A DNA stretch of 64,000 nt from the human T2T-CHM13v2.0 reference genome, Homo sapiens. Under the pieces are notes generated by a model. That model made no database searches. It saw nothing but the letters and a program-made list of their open reading frames with translations, and was not told the origin of the DNA. The position numbers and the translations under genes were made by a program. Below are positions 25,968 through 40,193 of this stretch, in pieces (within the stretch, counting starts at the first letter, position 1; the number at the start of each line of letters is the position of its first letter). Location of the stretch: the NCBI RefSeq assembly GCF_009914755.1, contig NC_060948.1. One strand, 5' to 3'.

Positions 25968-28900
25968 GGCCTGGAATAAAGTGGAATGCTACGGTCTCGA
26001 ATGGAATAAAAATGTATGGAATGGAATGCAATGAAACGGAATCGAATGTCATAGAATGTAATGGAATGCAAAAAAATGGAATCCAAAATCATTGACTGGA
26101 AAGGCTGGGTGTCGAAAGGAATTGACTCCAATGGAATGGAATCGAATGGAATGGAAGTGAATAGAATCGAACTAAATCGAATGGAATGGAATTGATAGGA
26201 ACGGAATGGAAAGGAATGCAATGATTTGGCATGGAATGGAATCGAATGGCATCGAATGGAATGGAATGGAATGCAATGGAATGGAATGTATTAGAATGTA
26301 ATGAACTTTAATGGAATGTACTCGAATGGATTCGACTGGAATGGAATGTTCTGGAAGTGAATGGACTCCAATGGAATGGATTCAAAAGGAATGGAATCGT
26401 ACGGAATGGAATCTAATGGAATGGAATTAAATGGAAATGAATCAAATTGAATAGCACGGAATTGAATTGAATGGAATGGAATGCAATGGAATCTAATGAA
26501 ACGGAAAGGAAAGGAATGGAATGGAATGGAATGGACTGGAATGGAAAGGAATCGAAACGAATGGAATGGAATCGAAGTGAAGAGACTGGAATGGAATGCA
26601 CTGGAATGGAAGGGAGTGTAATGGAAGGTTCTCGAAAAAAATGGAATCGAATGGAATGGAATTGAATGGAACGGAATAGAGTCGAATGGAATTGAATGGA
26701 ATGGAATGGACTAGAGTGAAATGGAATCGAACCACAAGGAATGGACAGGAATAGAATGGTCTCGAATTGAATGGAATCGTATGGAATGGCATCAAACGGA
26801 ATGGAATGGACAGCCACGGAATGGAATGCACTCGAATGCAATGGAGTCGAAACTAATGGACTGGAATAGAATGGACTCGACTGGTACGGACTCCAATGGA
26901 ATGGAATCGAATGGAAGGGAATCGAACGGAAGGGAATCGAACGGAATGGACTCGAAGGGAAAAGACTGCAATGGAAAGGTCTCGAATGGAATGGAAATTA
27001 ATGGAATGGAATGGAATCGAATGAAATGGAGTCAAAAGGAATGGAATCGAATGGCAAGAAATCGAATGTAATGGAATCGCCAGGAATTGATGTGAACGGA
27101 ACGGAATGGAATGGAATCCAAAGGAATGGAATAGAATGGAATGGAATCGAATGGAAAGGACTCGAATGGAAATCACTCGAATAGAATGCAATTTAATAAA
27201 ATAGGATCAAATGTAATGGAATGGAATGGAAAGGAATCGAAACGAAAGGAATGGAGACAGATGGAATGGAATGGAACAGAGAGCAATGGTATAGAATGGA
27301 ATGGAATCATCTGGAATGGAATTGAATGGAATGGAATAATATGAAATGGAATGGAATGGAATGGAATGGAATGCCCTTGAATTAAATGGACTGGAATGGA
27401 ATGGACTCAAACAGAGTGGAATGGAAAGTGTGGAGATAGAATGGAATGAACTCCTTTGGAATGGTGTAGTATGCAATGCAATCGACTGGCAGGGAATCAA
27501 AAGGAATGTAATCGAATGGATTGGACTGGAATGCAATGGACTCGAATAGATTGGAAACGGAATGCAAAGGAATGGAATGGAATAGTATGGAATGCAATGG
27601 AAGGGAATGGAGTGGAATAGACTAGAGTGGAATGGAATGGACTGGAAAGCAATGGACTGGAATGGAACTTTCTTGGATGGACTGGAATCAAACGGAATGG
27701 AATGCAATGCAATCAAATGGCATGGAATAAAATAGAATGAAAGAGAATCAAATGGAATTGAATCAAATGGAATCGAATGGATTGGAAAGGAATAGAATGG
27801 AATGGAATGGAATTGACTCAAATGGAATGGACTAGAATGGAATGGATTCGAATGGAAGGCAAAGGAATGGAATCTATTGGAATGGACTGTAATGGAATGG
27901 AATGGAAGGGACTGGAATGGACTCGAATGGAATGGACTGCAATAGAAAGGATTCGAATGGAATGAAAAAGAATTGAATGGAATAGAACAGAATGGAATCA
28001 AATCGAATGAAATGGAATGGAATAGAAAGGAATGGAATGAAATGGAATGGAAAGGATTCGAATGGAATGCAATCGAATGGAATGGAATTGAACGGAATGG
28101 AATAAAATGGAAGAAAACTGGCAAGAAATGGAATCGAAATGAATGGAGTGTTATGGAACGGACTCAAAAGGAATTGAATGTAATAGAATGGAGTGGAGTG
28201 GACTCGAATATAATGGACTGGAATGGAATGAAATCACATGGAATGGGAACGAATGGAATGGAATGGAAAGGAATGGAATCGAATGGAAAGGAATCGAATG
28301 GAAGGGAATGAAATTGAATCAACACGAATGGAAGGGAATAGAATAGACTGTAATGGAATGGACTCGAATAGAATGGACACGAATGCTCAAATTGAATGGA
28401 CTCGAATGGAATGGAAACGAAAGGAATGTCATCGAATGGAATTGAATGGATTGGAATGAAATCGCATAGAATGGAGTGGAATCAAATGGAATTGAATCGA
28501 AAGGAAAGGAAGCGAATGGACTGAAATGAAATGGAATGGAATTGAATGGAAAGTAATGCAATGGAATAGAATGGAACGAAATTTCACGGAATGGAATCAA
28601 ACTGAATGGAATCAAATCAATGGAATCAAATCAAATGGAATGGAAAGGAATTGAATGGAGTAGATGGGATTGGATGGGATTGGAATGAAATGTACTGGAA
28701 AGGACTCGAATTTCATGAAACGGAATGGAATGAATTGGAACGGAATGGACTCGAATGGAATGGAATGTCATGGGATGGCATCAAATGTAATGGCATCAAA
28801 TGGAATGGAATCGAATGCAATGGAATGCTATGGAATGGAATGGAATGCATTGGAATGGAATGTCCTCTAATGGAATGGATTCGAGTGGAATGGAATTGAA

Positions 28901-29536
28901 TATAATGTAGTCGAATGAAATGGAATTGAAAGGAATGGGATCGAATACAATGGAATATACTGGAATGTAACGTAATGAACTCGAATGTAATTGACTGGAA
29001 TGGAATGTACATGAATGGAATGTAATCGAATGGAAAGTAATCCAATGGAATAGAATCTAATGCAATAAAATCGACTCAGATAGAGTAGAATGTAATGGAA
29101 TGGAGTGCAGTGCAATGGAATGGAATGGAATGGAATGCAATGGAATGGAATGGAATGGAATGGAATGGAATGGGATGGAATGGTATGGAATGGATATTAA
29201 TGGACTGGAGTGAAATGGACTGGAAAGGAATGGACTCAAATTGAAAGGTCTCGAAAGGAATGGAGTCAAATGGAATGGTCTGGAATGGAATGAACACGAA
29301 TGTAATGCAACCCAATAGAATGGAATCGAATGGCATGGAATATAAAGAAATGGAATCGAAGAGAATGGAAACAAATGGAATGGAATTGAATGGAATGGAA
29401 TTGAATGGAATGGGAACGAATGGAGTGAAATTCTATGCAGTAGAAGAGAATAGAATGGAATGCAAGCGAAAGGAAAAGAATGGATTGGAATGGAATGGAA
29501 TTCATTGGAATGGAAGGGAATGTAGTGTAATGGACA
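25968..29536. repeat. DYZ1 unit 8, 3569 bp
   Basis: GGCC at 25968 and 29537. Confidence 0.9.
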
Positions 29537-32500
29537 GGCCTGGAATAAAGTGGAATGCTACGGTCTCGAATGGAATAAAAATGTATGGAATGGAATGCAA
29601 TGAAACGGAATCGAATGTCATAGAATGTAATGGAATGCAAAAAAATGGAATCCAAAATCATTGACTGGAAAGGCTGGGTGTCGAAAGGAATTGACTCCAA
29701 TGGAATGGAATCGAATGGAATGGAAGTGAATAGAATCGAACTAAATCGAATGGAATGGAATTGATAGGAACGGAATGGAAAGGAATGCAATGATTTGGCA
29801 TGGAATGGAATCGAATGGCATCGAATGGAATGGAATGGAATGCAATGGAATGGAATGTATTAGAATGTAATGAACTTTAATGGAATGTACTCGAATGGAT
29901 TCGACTGGAATGGAATGTTCTGGAAGTGAATGGACTCCAATGGAATGGATTCAAAAGGAATGGAATCGTACGGAATGGAATCTAATGGAATGGAATTAAA
30001 TGGAAATGAATCAAATTGAATAGCACGGAATTGAATTGAATGGAATGGAATGCAATGGAATCTAATGAAACGGAAAGGAAAGGAATGGAATGGAATGGAA
30101 TGGGCTGGAATGGAAAGGAATCGAAACGAATGGAATGGAATCGAACTGAAGAGACTGGAATGGAATGCACTGGAATGGAAGGGAGTGTAATGGAAGGTTC
30201 TCGAAAAAAATGGAATCGAATGGAATGGAATTGAATGGAACGGAGTAGAGTCGAATGGAATTGAATGGAATGGAATGGACTAGAGTGAAATGGAATCGAA
30301 CCACAAGGAATGGACAGGAATAGAATGGTCTCGAATTGAATGGAATCGTATGGAATGGCATCAAACGGAATGGAATGGACAGCCACGGAATGGAATGCAC
30401 TCGAATGCAATGGAGTCGAAACTAATGGACTGGAATAGAATGGACTCGACTGGTACGGACTCCAATGGAATGGAATCGAATGGAAGGGAATCGAACGTAA
30501 TGGACTCGAAGGGAAAAGACTGCAATGGAAAGGTCTCGAATGGAATGGAAATTAATGGAATGGAATGGAATCGAATGAAGTGGAGTCAAAAGGAATGGAA
30601 TCGAATGGCAAGAAATCGAATGTAATGGAATCGCAAGGAATTGATGTGAACGGAACGGAATGGAATGGAATCCAAAGGAATGGAATAGAATGGAATGGAA
30701 ACGAATGGAAAGGACTCCAATGGAAATCACTCGAATAGAATGCAATTTAATAAAATAGGATCAAATGTAATAGAATGGATTGGAAAGGAATCGAAACGGA
30801 AGGAATGGAGACAGATGGAATGGAATGGAACAGAGAGCAATGGTATAGAATGGAATGGAATCATCTGGAATGGAATTGAATGGAATGGAATGATATGAAA
30901 TGGAATGGAATGGAATGGAATGGAATGCCCTTGAATTAAATGGACTGGACTCGAACAGAGTGGAATGGAAAGTGTTGAGATAGAATGGAATGGACTCCTT
31001 TGGAATGGTGTAGTATGCAATGCAATCGACTGGCAGGGAATCAAAAGGAATGTAATCGAATGGATTGGACTGGAATGCAATGGACTCGAATAGATTGGAA
31101 ACGGAATGCAAAGGAATGGAATGGAATAGTATGGAATGCAATGGAAGGGAATGGAGTGGAATAGACTAGAGTGGAATGGAATGGACTGGAAAGCAAGGGA
31201 GTGGAATGGAACTTTCTTGGATGGACTGGAATCAAACGGAATGGAATGCAATGCAATCAAATGGCATGGAATAAAATAGAATGAAAGAGAATCAAATGGA
31301 ATTGAATCGAATGGAATCGAATGGATTGGAAAGGAATAGAATGGAATGGAATGGAATTGACTCAAATGGAATGGACTAGAATGGAATGGATTCGAATGGA
31401 AGGCAAAGGAATGGAATCTATTGGAATGGACTGTAATGGAATGGAATGGAAGGGATTGGAATGGACTCGAATGGAATGGACTGCAATAGAAAGGATTCGA
31501 ATGGAATGAAAAAGAATTGAATGGAATAGAACAGAATGGAATCAAATCGAATGGAATGGAATGGAATAGAAAGGAATGGAATGAAATGGAATGGAAAGGA
31601 TTCGAATGGAATGCAATCGAATGGAATGGAATCGAACGGAATGGAATAAAATGGAAGAAAACTGGCAAGAAATGGAATCGAAATGAATGGAGTGTTATGG
31701 AACGGACTCAAAAGGAATTGAATGTAATAGAATGGAGTGGAGTGGACTCGAATATAATGGACTGGAATGGAATGAAATCACATGGAATGGGAACGAATGG
31801 AATGGAATGGAAAGGAATGGAATCGAATGGAAAGGAATCGAATGGAAGGGAATGAAATTGAATCAACAGGAATGGAAGGGAATAGAATAGACTGTAATGG
31901 AATGGACTCGAATAGAATGGACACGAATGCTCAAATTAAATGGACTCGAATGGAATGGAAACGAAAGGAATGTCATCGAATGGAATTGAATCGATTGGAA
32001 TGAAATCGCATAGAATGGAGTGGAATCAAATGGAATTGAATCGAAAGGAAAGGAAGCGAATGGACTGAAATGAAATGGAATGGAATTGAATGGAAAGTAA
32101 TGCAATGGAATAGAATGGAACGAAATTTCACGGAATGGAATCAAACTGAATGGAATCAAATCAATGGAATCAAATCAAATGGAATGGAAAGGAATTGAAT
32201 GGAGTAGATGGGATTGGATGGGATTGGAATGAAATGTACTGGAAAGGACTCGAATTTCATGAAACGGAATGGAATGAATTGGAACGGAATGGACTCGAAT
32301 GGAATGGAATGTCATGGAATGGCATCAAATGGAATGGCATCAAATGGAATGGAATCGAATGCAATGGAATGCTATGGAATGGAATGGAATGCATTGGAAT
32401 GGAATGTCCTCTAATGGAATGGATTCGAGTGGAATGGAATCGAATATAATGGAGTCGAATGAAATGGAATTGAAAGGAATGGGATCGAATACAATGGAAT

Positions 32501-33070
32501 ATACTGGAATGTAATGTAATCAACTCGAATGTAATTGACTGGAAAGGAATGTACATGAATGGAATGTAATCGAATGGAAAGTAATCCAATGGAATAGAAT
32601 CTAATGCAATAAAATCGACTCAGATAGAGTAGAATGTAATGGAATGGAGTGCAGTGCAATGGAATGGAATGGAATGGAATGCAATGGAATGGAATTGAAT
32701 GGAATGGGATGGAATGGTATGGAATGGATAGTAATGGACTGGAATGAAATGGACTGGAAAAGAATGGACTCAAATTGAAAGGGCTCGAAAGGAATGGAGT
32801 CAAATGGAATGGTCTGGAATGGAATGAACACGAATGTAATGCAATCCAATAGAATGGAATCGAATGGCATGGAATATAAAGAAATGGAATCGAAGAGAAT
32901 GGAAACAAATGGAATGGAATTGAATGGAATGGAATAGAATGGAATGGGAACGAATGGAGTGAAATTGTATGCAGTAGAAGAGAATAGACTGGAATGCAAG
33001 CGAAAGGAAAGGAATGGATTGCAATGGAATGGAATTCATTGGAATGGAAGGGAATGTAGTGTAATGGACA
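29537..33070. repeat. DYZ1 unit 9, 3534 bp
   Basis: GGCC at 29537 and 33071. Confidence 0.9.
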
Positions 33071-36000
33071 GGCCTGGAATAAAGTGGAATGCTACGGTCT
33101 CGAATGGAATAAAAATGTATGGAATGGAATGCAATGAAACGGAATCGAATGTCATAGAATGTAATGGAATGCAAAAAAATGGAATCCAAAATCATTGACT
33201 GGAAAGGCTGGGTGTCGAAAGGAATTGACTCCAATGGAATGGAATCGAATGGAATGGAAGTGAATAGAATCGAACTAAATCGAATGGAATGGAATTCATA
33301 GGAACGGAATGGAAAGGAATGCAATGATTTGGCATGGAATGGAATCGAATGGCATCGAATGGAATGGAATGGAATGCAATGGAATGGAATGTATTAGAAT
33401 GTAATGAACATTAATGGAATGTACTCGAATGGATTCGACTGGAATGGAATGTTCTGGAAGTGAATGGACTCCAATGGAATGGATTCGAAAGGAATGGAAT
33501 CGAACGGAATGGAATCTAATGGAATGGAATTAAATGGAAATGAATCAAATTGAATAGCACGGAATTGAATTGAATGGAATCGAATGCAATGGAATCTAAT
33601 GAAACGGAAAGGAAAGGAATGGAATGGAATGGAATGGGCTGGAATGGAAAGGAATCGAAACGAATGGAATGGAATCGAACTGAAGAGACTGGAATGGAAT
33701 GCACTGGAATGGAAGGGAGTGTAATGGAAGGTTCTCGAAAAAAATGGAATCGAATGGAATGGAATTGAATGGAACGGAATAGAGTCGAATGGAATTGAAT
33801 GGAATGGAATGGACTAGAGTGAAATGGAATCGAACCACAAGGAATGGAGAGGAATAGAATGGTCTCGAATTGAATGGAATCGTATGGAATGGCATCAAAC
33901 GGAATGGAATGGACAGCCACGGAATGGAATGCACTCGAATGCAATGGAGTCGAAACTTATGGACTGGAATAGAATGGACTCGACTGGTACGGACTCCAAT
34001 GGAATGGAATCGAATGGAAGGGAATCGAACGGAATGGACTCGAAGGGAAAAGACTGCAATGGAAAGGTCTCGAATGGAATGGAAATTAATGGAATGGAAT
34101 GGAATCGAATGAAATGGAGTCAAAAGGAATGGAATCGAATGGCAAGAAATCGAATGTAATGGAATCGCAAGGAATTGATGTGAACGGAACGGAATGGAAT
34201 GGAATCCAAAGGAATGGAATAGAATGGAATGGAATCGAATGGAAAGGACTCGAATGGAAATCACTCGAATAGAATGCAATTTAATAAAATAGGATCAAAT
34301 GTAATGGAATGGAATGGAAAGGAATCGAAACGAAAGGAATGGAGACAGATGGAATGGAATGGAACAGAGAGCAATGGTATAGAATGGAATGGAATCATCT
34401 GGAATGGAATTGAATGGAATGGAATAATATGAAATGGAATGGAATGGAATGGAATGGAATGCCCTTGAATTAAATGGACTGGAATGGAATGGACTCGAAC
34501 AGAGTGGAATGGAAAGTGTTGAGATAGAATGGAATGGACTCCTTTGGAATGGTGTAGTATGCAATGCAATCGACTGGCAGGGAATCAAAAGGAATGTAAT
34601 CGAATGGATTGGACTGGAATGCAATGGACTCGAATAGATTGCAAACGGGATGCAAAGGAATGGAATGGAATAGTATGGAATGGAATGGAAAGGAATGGAG
34701 TGGAATAGACTAGAGTGGAATGGAATGGACTGGAAAGCAATGGACTGGAATGGAACTTTCTTGAATGGACTGGAATCAAACGGAATGGAATGCAATGCAA
34801 TCAAATGGCATGGAATAAAATAGAATGAAAGAGAATCAAATGGAATTGAATCGAATGGAATCGAATGGATTGGAAAGGAATAGAATGGAATGGAATGGAA
34901 TTGACTCAAATGGAATGGACTAGAATGGAATGGATTCGAATGGAAGGCAAAGGAATGGAATCTATTGGAATGGACTGTAATGGAATGGAATGGAAGGGAT
35001 TGGAATGGACTCAAATAGAATGGACTGCAATAGAAAGGATTCGAATGGAATGAAAAAGAATTGAATGGAATAGAACAGAATGGAATCAAATCGAATGAAA
35101 TGGAATGGAATAGAAAGGAATGGAATGAAATGGAATGGAAAGGATTCGAATGGAATGCAATCGAATGGAATGGAATCGAACGGAATGGAATAAAATGGAA
35201 GAAAACTGGCAAGAAATGGAATCGAAATGAATGGAGTGTTATGGAACGGACTCAAAAGGAATTGAATGTAATAGAATGGAGTGGAGTGGACTTGAATATA
35301 ATGGACTGGAATGGAATGAAATCACATGGAATGGGAACGAATGGAATGGAATGGAAAGGAATGGAATCGAATGGAAAGGAATCGAATGGAAGGGAATGAA
35401 ATTGAATCAACAGGAATGGAAGGGAATAGAATAGACGGTAATGGAATGGACTCGAATAGAATGGACACGAATGCTCAAATTGAATGGACTCGAATGGAAT
35501 GGAAACGAAAGGAATGTCATCGAATGGAATTGAATCGATTGGAATGAAATCGCATAGAATGGAGTGGAATCAAATGGAATTGAATCGAAAGGAAAGGAAG
35601 CGAATGGACTGAAATGAAATGGAATGGAATTGAATGGAAAGTAATGCAATGGAATAGAATGGAACGAAATTTCACGGAATGGAATCAAACTGAATGGAAT
35701 CAAATCAATGGAATCTAATCAAATGGAATGGAAAGGAATTGAATGGAGTAGATTGGATTGGATGGGATTGGAATGAAATGTACTGGAAAGGACTCGAATT
35801 TCATGAAACGGAATGGAATGAATTGCAACGGAAGGGACTCGAATGGAATGGAATGTCATGGAATGGCATCAAATGGAATGGAATCGAATGCAATGGAATG
35901 GTATGGAATGGAATGGAATGCATTCGAATGGAATGTCCTCTAATGGAATGGATTCGAGTGGAATGGAATCGAATATAATGGAGTCGAATGAAATGGAATT

Positions 36001-36619
36001 GAAAGGAATGGGATCGAATACAATGGAATATACTGGAATGTAATGTAATGAACTCGAATGTAATTGACTGGAATGGAATGTACATGAATGGAATGTAATC
36101 GAATGGAAAGTAATCCAATGGAATAGAATCTAATGCAATAAAATCGACTCAGATAGAGTAGCATGTAATGGAATGGAGTGCAGTGCAATGGAATGGAATG
36201 GAATGGAATGCAATGGAATGGAATGGAATGGAATGGAATGGAATGGGATGGGATGGGATGGAATGGTATGGAATGGATAGTAATGGACTGGAGTGAAATG
36301 GACTGGAAAGGAATGGACTCAAATTGAAAGGGCTCGAAAGGAATGGAGTCAAATGGAATGGTCTGGAATGGAATGAACACGAATGTAATGCAATCCAATA
36401 GAATGGAATCGAATGGCATGGAATATAAAGAAATGGAATCGGAGAGAATGGAAACAAATGGAATGGAATTTAATGGAATGGAATTGAATGGAATGGGAAG
36501 GAATGGAGTGAAATTGTATGCAGTAGAAGGGAATAGAATGGAATGCAAGCAAAAGGAAAGGAATGGATTGGAATGGAATGGAATTCATTGGAATGGAAGG
36601 GAATGTAGTGTAATGGACA
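33071..36619. repeat. DYZ1 unit 10, 3549 bp
   Basis: GGCC at 33071 and 36620; 15-bp deletion near 35870; extra EcoRI site at 33292. Confidence 0.9.
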
Positions 36620-39600
36620 GGCCTGGAATAAAGTGGAATGCTACGGTCTCGAATGGAATAAAAATGTATGGAATGGAATGCAATGAAATGGAATCGAATG
36701 TCATAGAATGTAATGGAATGCAACAAAATGGAATCCAATATCATTGACTGGAAAGGCTGGGTGTCGAAAGGAATTGACTCCAATGGAATGGAATCGAATG
36801 GAATGGAAGTGAATAGAATCGAACTAAATCGAATGGAATGGAATTGATAGGAACGGAATGGAAAGGAATGCAATGATTTGGCATGGAATGGAATCGAATG
36901 GCATCGAATGGAATGGAATGGAATGCAATGGAATGGAATGTATTAGAATGTAATGAACTTTAATGGAATGTACTCGAATGGATTCGACTGGAATGGAATG
37001 TTCTGGAAGTGAATGGACTCCAATGGAATGGATTCAAAAGGAATGGAATCGTACGGAATGGAATCTAATGGAATGGAATTAAATGGAAATGAATCAAATT
37101 GAATAGCACGGAATTGAATTGAATGGAATGGAATGCAATGGAATCTAATGAAACGGAAAGGAAAGGAATGGAATGGAATGGAATGGGCTGGAATGGAAAG
37201 GAATCGAAACGAATGGAATGGAATCGAACTGAAGAGACTGGAATGGAATGCACTGGAATGGAAGGGAGTGTAATGGAAGGTTCTCGAAAAAAATGGAATC
37301 GAATGGAATGGAATTGAATGGAACGGAATAGAGTCGAATGGAATTGAATGGAATGGAATGGACTAGAGTGAAATGGAATCGAACCACAAGGAATGGACAG
37401 GAATAGAATGGTCTCGAATTGAATGGAATCGTATGGAATGGCATCAAACGGAATGGAATGGACAGCCACGGAATGGAATGCACTCGAATGCAATGGAGTC
37501 GAAACTAATGGACTGGAATAGAATGGACTCGACTGGTACGGACTCCAATGGAATGGAATCGAATGGAAGGGAATCGAACGGAATGGACTCGAAGGGAAAA
37601 GACTGCAATGGAAAGGTCTCGAATGGAATGGAAATTAATGGAATGGAATGGAATCGAATGAAATGGAGTCAAAAGGAATGGAATCGAATGGCAAGAAATC
37701 GAATGTAATGGAATCGCAAGGAATTGATGTGAACGGAACGGAATGGAATGGAATCCAAAGGAATGGAATAGAATGGAATGGAATCGAATGGAAAGGACTC
37801 GAATGGAAATCACTCGAATAGAATGCAATTTAATAAAATAGGATCAAATGTAATGGAATGGAATGGAAAGGAATCGAAACGAAAGGAATGGAGACAGATG
37901 GAATGGAATGGAACAGAGAGCAATGGTATAGAATGGAATGGAATCATCTGGAATGGAATTGAATGGAATGGAATAATATGAAATGGAATGGAATGGAATG
38001 GAATGGAATGCCCTTGAATTAAATGGACTGGAATGGAATGGACTCGAACAGAGTGGAATGGAAAGTGTTGAGATAGAATGGAATGGACTCCTTTGGAATG
38101 GTCTAGTATGCAATGCAATCGACTGGCAGGGAATCAAAAGGAATGTAATCGAATGGATTGGACTGGAATGCAATGGACTCGAATAGATTGGAAACGGGAT
38201 GCAAAGGAATGGAATGGAATAGTATGGAATGGAATGGAAAGGAATGGAGTGGAATAGACTAGAGTGGAATGGAATGGACTGGAAAGCAATGGACTGGAAT
38301 GGAACTTTCTTGAATGGACTGGAATCAAACGGAATGGAATGCAATGCAATCAAATGGCATGGAATAAAATAGAATGAAAGAGAATCAAATGGAATTGAAT
38401 CGAATGGAATCGAATGGATTGGAAAGGAATAGAATGGAATGGAATGGAATGGACTCAAATGGAATGGACTAGAATGGAATGGATTCGAATGGAAGGCAAA
38501 GGAATGGAATCTATTGGAATGGACTGTAATGGAATGGAATGGAAGGGATTGGAATGGACTCAAATAGAATGGACTGCAATAGAAAGGATTCGAATGGAAT
38601 GAAAAAGAATTGAATGGAATAGAACAGAATGGAATCAAATCGAATGAAATGGAATGGAATAGAAAGGAATGGAATGAAATGGAATGGAAAGGATTCGAAT
38701 GGAATGCAATCGAATGGAATGGAATCGAACGGAATGGAATAAAATGGAAGAAAACTGGCAAGAAATGGAATCGAAATGAATGGAGTTTTATGGAACGGAC
38801 TCAAAAGGAATTGAATGTAATAGAATGGAGTGGAGTGGACTCGAATATAATGGACTGGAATGGAATGAAATCACATGGAATGGGAACGAATGGAATGGAA
38901 TGGAAAGGAATGGAATCGAATGGAAAGGAATCGAATGGAAGGGAATGAAATTGAATCAACAGGAATGGAAGGGAATAGAATAGACGGTAATGGAATGGAC
39001 TCGAATAGAATGGACACGAATGCTCAAATTGAATGGACTCGAATGGAATGGAAACGAAAGGAATGTCATCGAATGGAATTGAATCGATTGCAATGAAATC
39101 GCATAGAATGGAGTGGAATCAAATGGAATTGAATCGAAAGGAAAGGAAGCGAATGGACTGAAATGAAATGGAATGGAATTGAATGGAAAGTAATGCAATG
39201 GAATAGAATGGAACGAAATTTCACGGAATGGTATCAAACTGAATGGAATCAAATCAATGGAATCTAATCAAATGGAATGGAAAGGAATTGAATGGAGTAG
39301 ATTGGATTGGATGGGATTGGAATGAAATGTACTGGAAAGGACTCGAATTTCATGAAACGGAATGGAATGAATTGGAACGGAATGGACTCGAATGGAATGG
39401 AATGTCATGGAATGGCATCAAATGGAATGGCATCAAATGGAATGGAATCGAATGCAATGGAATGCTATGGAATGGAATGGAATGCATTGGAATGGAATGT
39501 CCTCTAATGGAATGGATTCGAGTGGAATGGAATCGAATATAATGGAGTCGAATGAAATGGAATTGAAAGGAATGGGATCGAATACAATGGAATATACTGG

Positions 39601-40193
39601 AATGTAATGTAATGAACTCGAATGTAATTGACTGGAATGGAATGTACATGAATGGAAGGTAATCGAATGGAAAGTAATCCAATGGAATAGAATCTAATGC
39701 AATAAAACCGACTCAGATAGAGTAGAATGTAATGTAATGGAGTGCAGTGCAATGGAATGGAATGGAATTGAATGCAATGGAATGGAATGGAATGGAATGG
39801 AATGGAATGGAATGGAATGGAAAGGAATGGGATGGAATGGTATGGAATGGATAGTAATGGACTGGAGTGAAATGGACTGGAAAGGAATGGACTCAAATTG
39901 AAAGGGCTCGAAAGGAATGGAGTCAAATGGAATGGTCTGGAATGGAATGAACACGAATGTAATGCAATCCAATAGAATGGAATCGAATGGCATGGAATAT
40001 AAAGAAATGGATTCGAAGAGAATGGAAACAAATGGAATGGAATTGAATGGAATGGAATTGAATGGAATGGGAACGAATGGAGTGAAATTGTATGCAGTAG
40101 AAGGGAATAGAAAGGAATGCAAGCGAAAGGAAAGGAATGGATTGTAATGGAATGGAATTCATTGGAATGGAAGGGAATGTAGTGTAATGGACA
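36620..40193. repeat. DYZ1 unit 11, 3574 bp
   Basis: GGCC at 36620 and 40194. Confidence 0.9.
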
